Origin: Eledone cirrhosa
Lineage: Eukaryota
DNA: 44,000 bases
Direction: 5' to 3'
Assembly (NCBI GenBank): GCA_964016885.1
Contig: CAXHJY010001013.1
Coordinates: 1-44,000 of the forward strand
Each line of letters begins with the position of its first letter. The first letter of the stretch is position 1. Positions 13,866-26,044 of the stretch are shown here, one piece after another. The position numbers and the translations under genes were made by a program. The notes beneath the pieces were generated by a model. The model was not told the origin of the DNA and did no database searches. It was given only the letters and a program-made list of their open reading frames with translations.

Positions 13866-13871
13866 GTAAGT
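13863..13871 (+). other. 5' splice donor, phase 0, ending the protocadherin exon
   Basis: Perfect consensus CAG|GTAAGT right after codon Q825 of the ORF and 4 codons before the stop; microsatellite-rich DNA follows. Confidence 0.8.
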
Positions 13872-14095
13872 CGCTTTTAAAGATATTTACCTTAATAACA
13901 AATAGACACACACGCGCGCAAATATACATTTACGTGTGTGTGTGTTTAAAATATACAGGTAGTACAATATATATATGTGTGTACGTGTGTATGTATATAC
14001 ATATATATATATATATACACTTATATATATATATGTATATATATGTATATATATATGTATATATATGTATATATATATGTATATATATATGTATA

Positions 14096-14137
<42 letters not shown>

Positions 14138-14245
14138 TAGATACATGAGGCATACACATATATACATACATGCTTATGAGGTTGATTGTTGTACGTAAAG
14201 CAGTGAAACAATAACATTATTATATCATGTTCGATATATATATAC

Positions 14246-14322
<77 letters not shown>

Positions 14323-15689
14323 TGTGTGTGTGTGTCTATGTGTGTATATCCATTAGTTTTCATGTCAATATAATGAAACCAATCCAGTGCCATTGTATTA
14401 CTGGTTGTAATGATAGTTTACATATAGTTGTCTGTTGTTATATTTGTTACATCTGTAGTAGTTACATCTGTTTCATCTGTAGAAGTGACAATAAAGTGAT
14501 AATGTTTGTCTTTCGGGTGTGGTCTATATTTGGTTGTATGTTCTATAATTGTGATCTTGTGATGATGTTGCCTAGCTCGCCGTCTATAACATACTGTGTG
14601 GTTTATACTTGTTGTTGACGGGCATAACTCTTGGGATGGTCATCCTTAGACTCTGGCCAATAATCACATGTATATATACTAACTGGTTTTAGATTAATAT
14701 TGCGTCTGCTGTAATTGGTATTGTGATTGACCATTGGTCATATTGTGTTAGATATTCTAGCCTTCTTCGTTCCTCTACTAGAATACGCTTCCATAATCGT
14801 CATTATAACAGGTTTGTCATTGCCCTGTTTATGAGTATGCTGCTTTTGTTGTTGTTATTGAGCCTAAGATCGACCCTTTTCAAAGGTACTCTGGCCACAG
14901 CAGTCTTATTTTATTTTCAACGATATCATTTATATTGTCTTTGACTGTGTACTGTATGTGTCCCATAACTTACTCGTTTGGCAAATATGTGATTGAGAAA
15001 ATAAGCAGCAGATTCGGAAAAGTAAGTACTAGGGTGACCATGATCCTTAAGATGGATTTCTAATGACTGAAACAAAATAAAAAGAAGAAAAGAAAGAAAG
15101 TAAAATGAAAAACGAAACGATGAGGAAACTATTTAATCTATACCTTCACTCAACTCATTACCTAACCTCCATCACACCCAAATACCACTCTTCGTAGACA
15201 CCTACCTTCACAACCACCAACATTTATAGCCACATTACTTCTATACCCACTACCACATTCCCCGCCCTCCGATACCTACCCACAACATTCACACCCCCAC
15301 CCCTAAACACAACCAGCTTCACAACAACCAGAATTGACACCCACCACTAATATTCATACACCACCCTTTCCATCATCCACTCATCACAAACACACACCCC
15401 TCATACATACAAACAGAGCACATTTCACACACATACTACCCTTTACACATACCACCTTTCATATCCACCACCCTTAGTACCCACCAACAGCCACATCCTC
15501 TACCCTCAGCGCTCACCATCCTTCAAACCCACCATTTTTTCGATGTAAAGATTTTAGTTGTTGTTTTATGTTTAAATAGCAGCAATGAATAATGAATTCA
15601 TTCGTCAAACAGAGAGGGAAATATCATATTTTAAATGTGTAACATAATTCTTTCACTCAATCAGTATCATTGTCAATTTAGTCATTCAC

Positions 15690-15831
<142 letters not shown>

Positions 15832-16336
15832 GCAGTCAGGTAAAATAATTTGAAAAAAGCTACTATTACCTCAATCGTCGTTATATAGATTAAATATGGG
15901 CTCTGTCAGACTTTTTGAAATGCCCAAGACACGGTGTATGCCCCCAACAAGAGTTACAGGTCCATACTTACTAAAGGCTGTTAAAATGACAGAGTCGTTA
16001 GAACGTGGGATAGAAGGTTTTGCGGTGTTCGTTTCTTCTCTCTGCTTTCTCAGTTCAAATTCCACCGATGCCAACTTTGCCATTCATCCATTCAAGGTTG
16101 ATTCAAGTACCAGTCTAGTACTGGGGTCAATTCTTCCTCTATATCTCTTTCTCACTTCCTTTCTTTCACTCTCTCTATCCTTCACTGGAAGATATCTGCT
16201 GTATTCAGACCTGGAGATGGGCTCCGTCAGGTTTAAAGAAATGCTGTAGAAATACTGTATGTCAATATAGCGCCCCCTATGACTCCCTCGGGAGTTCTGG
16301 GATCAAAGTGAAGACAAGAAGACTCATCTACTAAAT

Positions 16337-16524
16337 ATAACTGTTTCTACTTGTGGTACAAGGCCAGATATTACCCAGCGAATTACTGGTACTTTATTTT
16401 ATCGACCCCGTAATGATGAAAGGCAAAGTTAACCTCGGCGGGATTTGAACTCAGACCATAAAGGGCCATAACTCTATGCTGCAAAGCATAGCGTCAGACC
16501 CTCTACTGATACTGCCAATCCACC
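16337..16524 (-). mobile_element. SINE family A, near full length
   Basis: Reverse complement has A-box-like TGGCAGTATCAG, B box GAGTTCAAATCC and the same body. Confidence 0.85.
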
Positions 16525-17044
16525 AATACCAGTTAGATACAGTGTCGATCAAATGGTAATACTCATTCCCTCCGTTTGTGAGGTTGTTTAGTTAGGAGGC
16601 AGGGGAGATAAATCAATATATCTTTTATATTTAAAACATTTTTTTTATCTATACATTCAGCATCATAGTCCGTTTATTCTTTGAAATATTCGGGCAATTA
16701 TTTGAGGAATAAAAGGACGATGATCACGTTACTGACTGGAATATTTCTTTATATTCAACATTTTTCAATGACTAGATGAGATAGGCCGTCGGCTAACATT
16801 TAATTTCTTTAATCATTAAAGTTTGGAAGGCACCGACGATGACTAAGCCTTTCTTCTCTTCAAGGATCTGCTAAAAATAAAGTACCAATTAAATTCTACA
16901 ATACGGTTTAATGGAATATATCATTCATGCGTCTTATTCTATTTTGCATGCCTATCTCAGTAGTCCATGTGTGATGATACTAGTGCTACATAATAGAATA
17001 ATGAAACTATTTATGAAGAAATTCAATTTCATTATTTGACATGT

Positions 17045-17080
<36 letters not shown>

Positions 17081-17083
<3 letters not shown>

Positions 17084-18380
17084 ACACTCAATTTAAACTC
17101 TGGTTTGATTAAACCGTTTCATAAATTGAATGAAAATCTCAAATACGTAAATGTTGGGTCTAACCACCCCATCTCTATAATTAAATCTATCCCTAAAAAT
17201 ATTTCCCTTAGAATCTCGGGTCTATCTTCTAACATACAAGTATTTAAGGAACACGCCGAGTACTACGATAACGCCCTTAGTAAAGCAGGCTACCTCAACA
17301 AAATAGAGTACATAGATGGGAACAATCAAAACACCCAAAATAAATCCCACATAGGTAGATATAATAACACAACACCAAACCACACTTACTACCATAGTAT
17401 GCACACCAGTAAACCAACAAACAAAACTAATAGAAAGCGATGCAAAGAGTACTTATGGTATAACCCCGAATACAATAGCTCCATTAGTACAAATTTACCA
17501 GTACTCTTCTTTAAAATAATTAAAAGACATTTTCCCACATCACACAAATACCACAAAATCCTAAACCCTACCACTATAAGACTGTCATACTCTACAGCGT
17601 TAAACCTTGAACAACACATAAAAAAGATCAATACTAGAAGGTTAAACGAAAACACTAAGAACTTAAGTACAAAGAACCCCAAAAAAACAGTAGACAATAC
17701 ACTACAGAACATAAATAAACCACACCTAAGTTCGTCCGCAATACTACTCCAGAGAAAACCCAACGTACACAACTGTAACTGCACCTATCCTGACAACTGC
17801 CCCCTCGGCAATAACTGCCTGGAAAAAAATATTATTTATAAGTGTACCATTAAATCCGGAGGCAACGAGTGGTATTACGTGGGATCAACGGCAACATCGT
17901 TTAAATCTCGATTGTATAGGCATTCTTACTCAATAAAACACCAGAGCCAAAGAAATGTAACAACTTTAGCAGAGAAAGCTTGGACGCTCAGGGATAGCAA
18001 TCAAAAGTTTACCCTAAAATGGGAAAAATTAGCTAAAACCCAAAGCTTTTCCAGGAGCCAAAATTTCTGCAAATTGTGTAATCTTGAGATTTATTACATA
18101 ATCACACACAAGAAGAAACTGCTGAATAACAGAATTGAACGAACATTATTCTGCCGTCACAGAACTAAAACCCTTTTTTCCCACGACAAGCCGAATATTA
18201 CATAAAAGAGGGACATCCCCCAACTATATAAACCTTAATCTAGTTAGAAAAATATAAAAACAATCTCTTTTCAACATATATTAATAACCTTAAATTACCA
18301 TACTAATAATGAAAAGATATGCTGATGAGAATAGGTACAAATATGCGATAATGAATGTGTCTAAAAACGTCCATAAGTAT
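17081..18380 (+). mobile_element. 5'-truncated Penelope-like retroelement (RT thumb, Cys-rich linker, GIY-YIG endonuclease, 3' end)
   Basis: Frame open 17081-18205: KPFHK..KYVNVGSNHP..IIKSIP (PLE RT C-terminus), CNC-x5-CPLGNNC, NIIYKC...YYVGST..FKSRLYRH (GIY-YIG), CKLCNLE...LLN.R...FCRH. Starts abruptly after a (TA)n tract; hammerhead-like motif ~115 nt after the stop. Confidence 0.9.
18318..18375 (+). ncRNA. Degenerate minimal type I hammerhead ribozyme at the Penelope 3' end
   Basis: tatg-CTGATGA-gaa-taggtaca...tgtgtcta-AAAA-c-GTC-cata. Stem I tatg/cata and an 8-bp stem II form; the GAAA core reads AAAA (G12A). Confidence 0.55.
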
Positions 18381-18474
18381 GTATATATATGTGAAAATGT
18401 ATATAAATAAGTAAATATATATATATGTTTGATGTGTATAGTTAGATGTAAGTGTATTCATGTATTAAAGTGCT

Positions 18475-18529
<55 letters not shown>

Positions 18530-18530
18530 G

Positions 18531-18575
<45 letters not shown>

Positions 18576-18959
18576 GTATATGTATGTATGTATATATATA
18601 TGTGTATGTATGTATGTGTATATGGATGTGTATGTATGTGTATGTGTGTACACATGGACTAGAGTATGTATGTATATATGTGTGTGTCTATACGTGTGTA
18701 TATATAAAGATAAGTTGAGTATGAAAATGTATACACATGAGCGCGTATGTATGTACATGAATACATGTGTGTATATATATGTGTATGCATGTGTATATAT
18801 ATGTAAGTATGAATATGTGAATTGTGAGTATATGTATTTTGTAGAGGTGTGCAAATATATTTGTGTGTGAATGCGTGGGTGAAAGAATACGTACACTTGA
18901 AAGAAAAATTTAAGTCTGAATGTTAAGTGCAAACACAAAACCAACCACGCATATCTTTA

Positions 18960-19420
18960 CTATCTCTAATCCTTCTATAGATTTAGAAAAATAACCAATA
19001 ATATATTCTATAAAAAATGTCAAAACAACAGATGGGAATCTAATTAATCACTGCCACCAAGAATTCTCACTGCTATCGAAAAACCACTCCTTCAACTATT
19101 CTTCTAACAACTTCACCCCTTCCTCCTAATATTCTCTATAAAAACTAAATAGGTCCTCAGTAATATTATTCTGATGAAATGACAGTAAACAATAACATTG
19201 AAATATTGAATGTCTGCATAACTAAAAGTTTGTAGATAGCTGTTTTAGGTTATGTAACTGTTATAGAAACACGTGTCAATAAATTCCTTTCAACTAAACT
19301 GTATCCATTCAAATCTTTCTATTTTTCTCCGGATTACTTTTGGAACTACAACTGGAACCGTCGAGCAAACTCTACGTGAGCTGATAATCTACTGTGTGTA
19401 ATATTTATATTACAACACAA
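18960..19420 (+). mobile_element. Second, older Penelope-like 3' end / pLTR remnant
   Basis: Degenerate peptide (DLEK*PII...GNLINHCH) weakly resembles the PLE C-terminus; followed by a hammerhead motif and AATAAA; bounded by microsatellites. Confidence 0.5.
19166..19282 (+). ncRNA. Type I hammerhead ribozyme with intact core and long stem II
   Basis: ttatt-CTGATGA-[88 nt hairpin]-GAAA-cacgt-GTC^aataa. Stem I ttatt/aataa; palindromic stem III ACACGTGT; stem II closed by atgacag/ctgttat. Confidence 0.7.
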
Positions 19421-19429
19421 CGGAAAAAA

Positions 19430-19484
<55 letters not shown>

Positions 19485-19565
19485 TATGGACCTGTTATTT
19501 TTATCTGAAGACATTTTTTCCAATTCCATCCCGCCCGTCCCTCAATCTATCTTATTTCTCATTCT

Positions 19566-19602
19566 TTCTTATGATGAAGGAATAGCGTCCGAAACGTTAA
19601 GA
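19566..19602 (+). ncRNA. Degenerate minimal hammerhead motif (PLE-type remnant)
   Basis: tctt-ATGATGA-a-gga-atagcg-tcc-GAAA-cgtTA-aga (C3 mutated), in a ~200-bp island between (TA)n tracts. Confidence 0.45.
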
Positions 19603-19850
19603 CCCTCTTCCTGCTATATCAAGCGTTAACCTAATATATCCCTTCCATATACTGTACCGATTGTATTGTTATTTCTGTTTACCTTTTACATATATATATA
19701 TATATGAGGATAGATTCAGTTTGAAACAGGTAAGACCATTACTCAACAGAGTACTCAATACTTGGGGTAGTAGAGTATGGTTATATTATAAAGAGTCGGG
19801 ACCATAATGTCTGAGCTCTTGCCGTTTGAACAGCTAGTTCCAGGCTCTTT

Positions 19851-19890
<40 letters not shown>

Positions 19891-20021
19891 TGTGTGTGCG
19901 TGTATGTATATGTAAGTGTATGTGTGTGCGTAAGTGTGTGTGTATCATCATCATCATCCTGATGATTTCTATCGAATGCAATAATTCTAGTCCTGTAGAA
20001 GCCACTTCTATATTAAATTCA

Positions 20022-20072
<51 letters not shown>

Positions 20073-20991
20073 CGAGGTGTGTCAGAAAAGTTCCAGGACT
20101 GATGTCAGAAAAGTTCCAGGACTGATGTCACAAAAGATTTATTTCAAACCCAAACTTCACACTAAGAGTTTTCTCCTTCAAAGTAATCCCCCTGGAGTCT
20201 AATGCACTTTTCCATCCTTTTCTGCCATGCTTGCATGCACTCCTGGAAGGCTTCTTCCGGGATCCTCCGCAGTTCCGTCGTCACGGCCTTTTTGATGTCG
20301 TCCACGTCTTCAAAACGGGTCCCCTTCGGGTCGTACTCGAGGATCCATGACCCATCACCGGTGATGACTGTCCCTAGCAAGTCTGGTTTGGTTTCAAGAC
20401 GCTCGAGGATGTCCTGGCACACTTGCATGCGTCTACCCTTCTGGTCATCGTTCACCAGTTTTGATACCATCTTCGCGCAGACTTTCCGCATGTCCAAATC
20501 TTCAGTGAGAATCTTCCAGACGCTGTCCCGATTCATGCCCAGCTCATTTGCCATCAGTCGAACAGTCAGCAGACGATCGCTACGCACCATCTGCCTGACG
20601 CGCTCAACGTTGATCTCAGTCCTGGTTGTTGGGGGCCTTTCGCTCCTGGGGTCATCTTCCACGTCCTCACCTCCTTCTTTAAACCTTTTGCACCACTCAA
20701 AAACACGTGAGCGTGACATCGTCTCATCTCCATACCCTTGCTGCAGCAATCCCAGTGCTTCTGGCGGAGTTTTCAAGTTTGTTTGTTGCTCTGTGCTCAT
20801 TGCTTGACGACCTGAAACAGAGGACATGTATATAAAATTATGAAGAAAAAAGTTTGATCGCTGCAGAGAGCTAAGATTACAGTTACATACTACAGGGGGA
20901 TTACTTTGAAGGAGAAAACTCTTAGTATGAAGTTTTGGTTTGAAATATATCTTTTGTGACATCAGTCCTGAAACTTTTCTGACACACCTCG
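20073..20991 (-). mobile_element. Non-autonomous mariner (Tc1/mariner) element with ~99-bp TIRs and TA target-site duplication
   Basis: TA|CGAGGTGTGTCAGAAAAGTT...AACTTTTCTGACACACCTCG|TA; inverted repeats at 20073-20194 (with a 23-bp duplication) and 20893-20991; encloses a transposase ORF. Confidence 0.95.
20162..20800 (-). pseudogene. Internally deleted mariner transposase (212 aa, in frame)
   Basis: MSTEQ..YGDETMSRSRVFEWCKRFKEG.EDVEDDPRS (HTH), RKVCAKMV linker, then ITGDGSWILEYDP fused directly to KGTRFEDVDDIK..W.KR..KCI..QGDYFE. The second catalytic Asp and the YSPDL motif are missing. Confidence 0.9.
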
Positions 20992-21338
20992 TATATATAT
21001 GAGTGTGTGTATATGTGTATACACTTATATAAACACACAAACTATATACGTGTACATTTTTGCTTACATAATTTTTCTTTATTCATTATATTTTTTTCAT
21101 TTACAAATTGTAAATGGTGTTGTCCTTGTTGTTCTGGTGTCTTTGAAACTTTATATTTATGTCTTTACTTCATCCTTTTCCCACCTAATTTCAATATTTA
21201 TCACATTTATTTTATCTTATATCATTATTATTTCTATGTTTTTATAAATTATTTTACATTTTACATTGTTTTATTTTTATTGCTTATTTAGTGTCATAAA
21301 TTTATTTGTTTTTAACATACAGATCGACACACGTACGT

Positions 21339-21378
<40 letters not shown>

Positions 21379-21436
21379 GTGAGTGCGCGCGCGCGCGCGT
21401 GTGTGTGTGCGTGCGTGAGTATGTGCGTATGTGTAA

Positions 21437-21467
<31 letters not shown>

Positions 21468-21574
21468 AGTTAAACAAGAAATATAAGTTAAATAACAAAA
21501 CAAAAACAATAACACAGTACGAAGTAGAAACAAAGTGTTAGTATTAGATTCACGCTTGAGCGTGAGGGTGGGGG

Positions 21575-21608
21575 ACGATGTTTCGGGCATAAGCCCTTCA
21601 TCAGGAGA
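21575..21608 (-). ncRNA. Minimal hammerhead motif (PLE-type remnant)
   Basis: Minus strand: ctc-CTGATGA-a-gggc-ttat-gccc-GAAA-catcg with a perfect stem II, in an island (21468-21682) flanked by (TA)n; stems I and III are poorly formed. Confidence 0.55.
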
Positions 21609-21680
21609 GTGGGAAGGAAAAGAGTTCCGATGGTGTGGGCGGAGTGGTGGAACACATTAAAAGGGGTGGGGGGAAATAGG

Positions 21681-21723
<43 letters not shown>

Positions 21724-21878
21724 TTACCTATTTACGGTATGACCAATAATGCTGTTAGAACTCTATGTCTTATGGATATGAATATCTGAATGAAACAAGG
21801 CCTCCTTTACATCCATTGACAAAAAGTAGCATACATAGATCTGAAACAAACTTGGAGCTCGAGCTTCTCAGCAGCCTT

Positions 21879-22045
21879 CAGTAGAAGGTCGGACGCCATG
21901 CTTTGACGCATAGAGTTACGGCCCTTGCCATTCTGAGTTCAAATCCCGCCGAGGTTAATTTTGCCTTTCATCCTTACTGGGTCAATAAAGTACCAGTAAT
22001 GCACTCGGTAATTGCTGGCCTTGTGCCAAAAGTAGAAACAGTTAT
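21879..22045 (+). mobile_element. SINE family A, copy
   Basis: Close match to 5806-5943 and to the reverse complement of 27651-27836. Confidence 0.85.
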
Positions 22046-22555
22046 TAGTTTTATATTAGTAAAACCGCCTCTGAATCCTAAATCGTGGCAGTAAGGACAT
22101 ATTGGATGACGTATCAGAGATGAGATATGCTTCAACAAAGCATATAAAATAAAAAAACCAGATCAATGCTAAATTGTCTTTGATCATAGGCCTGCTCGAT
22201 CAGAGCTGACCTCAGGTTGTAAAAAGCACCAACGATAATATCGTGATTTTTTTTGCCTTGGAGTCGAACTATTTTTTTATATATATCAATGCTTTTTTTT
22301 TTTTTATAAGTATTGATTACTTTTCTAAATATATTTTATTATATCCATTTTCATTATAGTTTATTGATATTTTATATTATCGTTTTCATATTTTAAAAGA
22401 ATTTATTTTATTGTCAAAAAATTATTCATGTAAATTTTTTCAAATTCATGGAATTTTATTAAAATATATTCTTCATATATATTTTTTTTATTTTTTTTGT
22501 TTAGTTTAGTTTACATGTTTATTTACTACTACTACTACTACTACTACTACTGCAA

Positions 22556-22591
<36 letters not shown>

Positions 22592-23496
22592 CATCATTAT
22601 TATTGTTAGTGTTATTTTCCTATATCTGCCAGTGTGTCACTATGTAATTATCTCACTCAAATGTGACGTCATGGTTTTCATTCTTTATTAATTATTATCA
22701 TTATTATTATTATTCGAAGAAATTTCCTGTAAAAAAAAAATTCTTTGTGTTTTCTTATTATTTGTTGTTGTTGGTGTTGTTGTTGTTTAGATTTATTCCT
22801 CATTAGATCTCTAGTGGAATCAATTGTACATGGACATTTTTGCAAGACTTTCACCTTATTCCGTGCCAAACGAAGTGTAACCATGAAATATCTGAGACAG
22901 AAAGTGTGCAAAACATAAAGCAACAACAAAAACAATAATAAAACAGCAACCCCCCCAAAAAAACAACATAAACGGTAAGACCTCCCCCCTCCACCACCTT
23001 TCATTAAAAATATCTAATAAAAATACCAGGAAAAAAATATTCAAGGTAAAAATAAAACAGAAATTGAAATAACAAAAACAGTAAAAATAAAAAATATAAA
23101 ATTGAACGATAACAAGTGTAACAATAATGGTTTCATTTATTGGCCACAAGGGCCGACATATAGGGGACAATACAATAGACGGGGACAGTGGGGGGAGGAG
23201 AGGCTTACATAAAATCGAATAAAACAACGAGAATAGAAATTAAAAAATTAAAATAATAACAAAAATAGTAACAATAATAAAAAATATTAAAAATAAACAA
23301 TAATAACGGAAAGCAAATTAGAAATTAAACTATAACAACAACAGTAACAATAATACAAAGACAAGAAATTAAAATAATAACAAAAAAATAATAAATGGAA
23401 AATGGAAAAAATATGAAAGCAATATTGTTAGATATGGTTCAGTGTTACAATTGTTGTATTTGTTAACCTTAGAGATGTTGGTAAGGGGGAATAATC

Positions 23497-25906
23497 CAGT
23501 GACAGACTCTGGCGGCGTGGTATAGTGTGGTACGGCGGCGTGGTATAGTATGGTGATAACACAGTGACAGACTCTGGCGGCGTGGTATAGTGTGGTACGG
23601 CGGCGTGGTATAGTGTGGTGATAACAGTGACAGACTCTGGCGGCGTGGTATAGTGTGGTGATAACAGTGACAAACCCTGGCGGCGTGGTATAGTGTGGTG
23701 ATAACAGTGACAGACTAGGCGGCGTGGTATAGTGTGGTGATAACAGTGACAGACTCTGGCGGCGTGGTATAGTGTGGTGATAACAGTGACAGACTCTGGC
23801 GGCGTGGTATAGTGTGGTGATAACAGTGACAGACCCTGGCGGCGTGGTATAGTGTGGTGATAACAGTGACAGACTCTGGCGGCGTGGTATAGTGTGGTGA
23901 TAACAGTGACAGACTCTGGCGGCGTGGTATAGTATGGTGATAACAGTGACAGACTCTGGCGGCGTGGTATAGTGTGGTACGGCGGCGTGGTATAGTGTGG
24001 TGATAACAGTGACAGACTCTGGCGGCGTGGTATAGTGTGGTGATAACAGTGACAGACTCTGGCGGCGTGGTATAGTGTGGTGATAACAGTGACAGACTCT
24101 GGCGGCGTGGTATAGTGTGGTGATAACAGTGACAGACTCTGGCGGCGTGGTATAGTGTGGTGATAACAGTGACAGACCCTGGCGGCGTGGTATAGTGTGG
24201 TGATAACAGTGACAGACTCTGGCGGCGTGGTATAGTGTGGTGATAACAGTGACAGACCCTGGCGGCGTGGTATAGTGTGGTGATAACAGTGACAGACTCT
24301 GGCGGCGTGGTATAGTGTGGTGATAACAGTGACAGACCCTGGCGGCGTGGTATAGTGTGGTGATAACAGTGACAGACTCTGGCGGCGTGGTATAGTATGG
24401 TGATAACAGTGACAGACTCTGGCGGCGTTGTATAGTGTGGTACGGCGGCGTGGTATAGTGTGGTGATAACAGTGACAGACTCTGGCGGCGTGGTATAGTG
24501 TGGTACGGCGGCGTGGTATAGTGTGGTGATAACAGTGACAGACTCTGGCGGCGTGGTATAGTGTGGTGATAACAGTGACAGACCCTGGCGGCGTGGTATA
24601 GTGTGGTGATAACAGTGACAGACTCTGGCGGCGTGGTATAGTGTGGTGATAACAGTGACAGACCCTGGCGGCGTGGTATAGTGTGGTGATAACAGTGACA
24701 GACTCTGACGGCGTGGTATAGTATGGTGATAACAGTGACAGACTCTGGCGGCGTGGTATAGTGTGGTACGGCGGCGTGGTATAGTGTGGTGATAACAGTG
24801 ACAGACTCTGGCGGCGTGGTATAGTGTGGTACGGCGGCGTGGTATAGTGTGGTGATAACAGTGACAGACTCTGGCGGCGTGGTATAGTGTGGTGATAACA
24901 GTGACAGACTCTGGCGGCGTGGTATAGTGTGGTGATAACAGTGACAGACTCTGGCGGCGTGGTATAGTGTGGTGATAACAGTGACAGACCCTGGCGGCGT
25001 GGTATAGTGTGGTGATAACAGTGACAGACTCTGGCGGCGTGGTATAGTGTGGTGATAACAGTGACAGACCCTGGCGGCGTGGTATAGTGTGGTGATAACA
25101 GTGACAGACTCTGGCGGCGTGGTATAGTGTGGTGATAACAGTGACAGACCCTGGCGGCGTGGTATAGTGTGGTGATAACAGTGACAGACTTTGGCGGCGT
25201 GGTATAGTATGGTGATAACAGTGACAGACTCTGGCGGCGTGGTATAGTGTGGTACGGCGGCGTGGTATAGTGTGGTGATAACAGTGACAGACTCTGGCGG
25301 CGTGGTATAGTGTGGTGATAACAGTGACAGACTCTGGCGGCGTGGTATAGTGTGGTGATAACAGTGACAGACTCTGGCGGCGTGGTATAGTGTGGTGATA
25401 ACAGTGACAGACTCTGGCGGCGTGGTATAGTGTGGTGATAACAGTGACAGACTCTGGCGGCGTGGTATAGTGTGGTGATAACAGTGACAGACTCTGGCGG
25501 CGTGGTATAGTGTGGTGATAACAGTGACAGACCCTGGCGGCGTGGTATAGTGTGGTGATAACAGTGACAGACTCTGGCGGCGTGGTATAGTGTGGTGATA
25601 ACAGTGACAGACTCTGGCGGCGTGGTATAGTGTGGTGATAACAGTGACAAACCCTGGCGGCGTGGTATAGTATGGTGATAACAGTGACAGACCCTGGCGG
25701 CGTGGTATAGTGTGGTGATAACAGTGACAAACCCTGGCGGCGTGGTATAGTGTGGTGATAACAGTGACAGACTCTGGCGGCGTGGTATAGTGTGGTGATA
25801 ACAGTGACAAACCCTGGCGGCGTGGTATAGTGTGGTGATAACAGTGACAGACTCTGGCGGCGTGGTATAGTGTGGTACGGCGGCGTGGTATAGTATGGTG
25901 ATAACA
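23497..25906. repeat. Minisatellite, 40-bp unit GGCGGCGTGGTATAGTGTGGTGATAACAGTGACAGACTCT with interspersed 23-bp short units
   Basis: ~2.4 kb, roughly 60 near-identical head-to-tail units, no unique spacers. Confidence 0.97.
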
Positions 25907-26044
25907 AAGAGGAATATAACAGAATTGTACTAGTCACTCATCTGTCTTTATGAGTCTTGTGATTACAGCAGCATAGAGGACTATAGAAAAGAAGGAGGAG
26001 GAGGAGGAAGAGGGGGATGAGGGGAAGTAGTAATATAGAGATGC

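Noticed and set aside
17036-17080. N-terminus of the 389-aa ORF
   Set aside because: It is read-through of the flanking (TA)n target, not part of the element.
19178-19265. Possible SECIS element in the long hairpin
   Set aside because: No correctly spaced AUGA/GA quartet at the base of the apical helix, and no in-frame UGA in the neighbouring PLE ORF.
19959-19980. CTGATGA hammerhead-like seed
   Set aside because: No GAAA core or supporting stems follow.
20801-21040. N-terminal 80 aa of the 292-aa mariner ORF
   Set aside because: It runs through flank, TIR and 5' UTR; transposase similarity starts at M 20800.
23497-25906. CRISPR-like appearance of the 40-bp array (also 39762-40771 and 31638-32010)
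   Set aside because: Units are head-to-tail with no unique spacers, there are no cas genes, and the context is eukaryotic.
23369-25937. Three overlapping 740-813 aa ORFs on the minus strand
   Set aside because: They are translations of a stop-free 40-bp tandem unit cycling through frames, with no domain signature or credible start.
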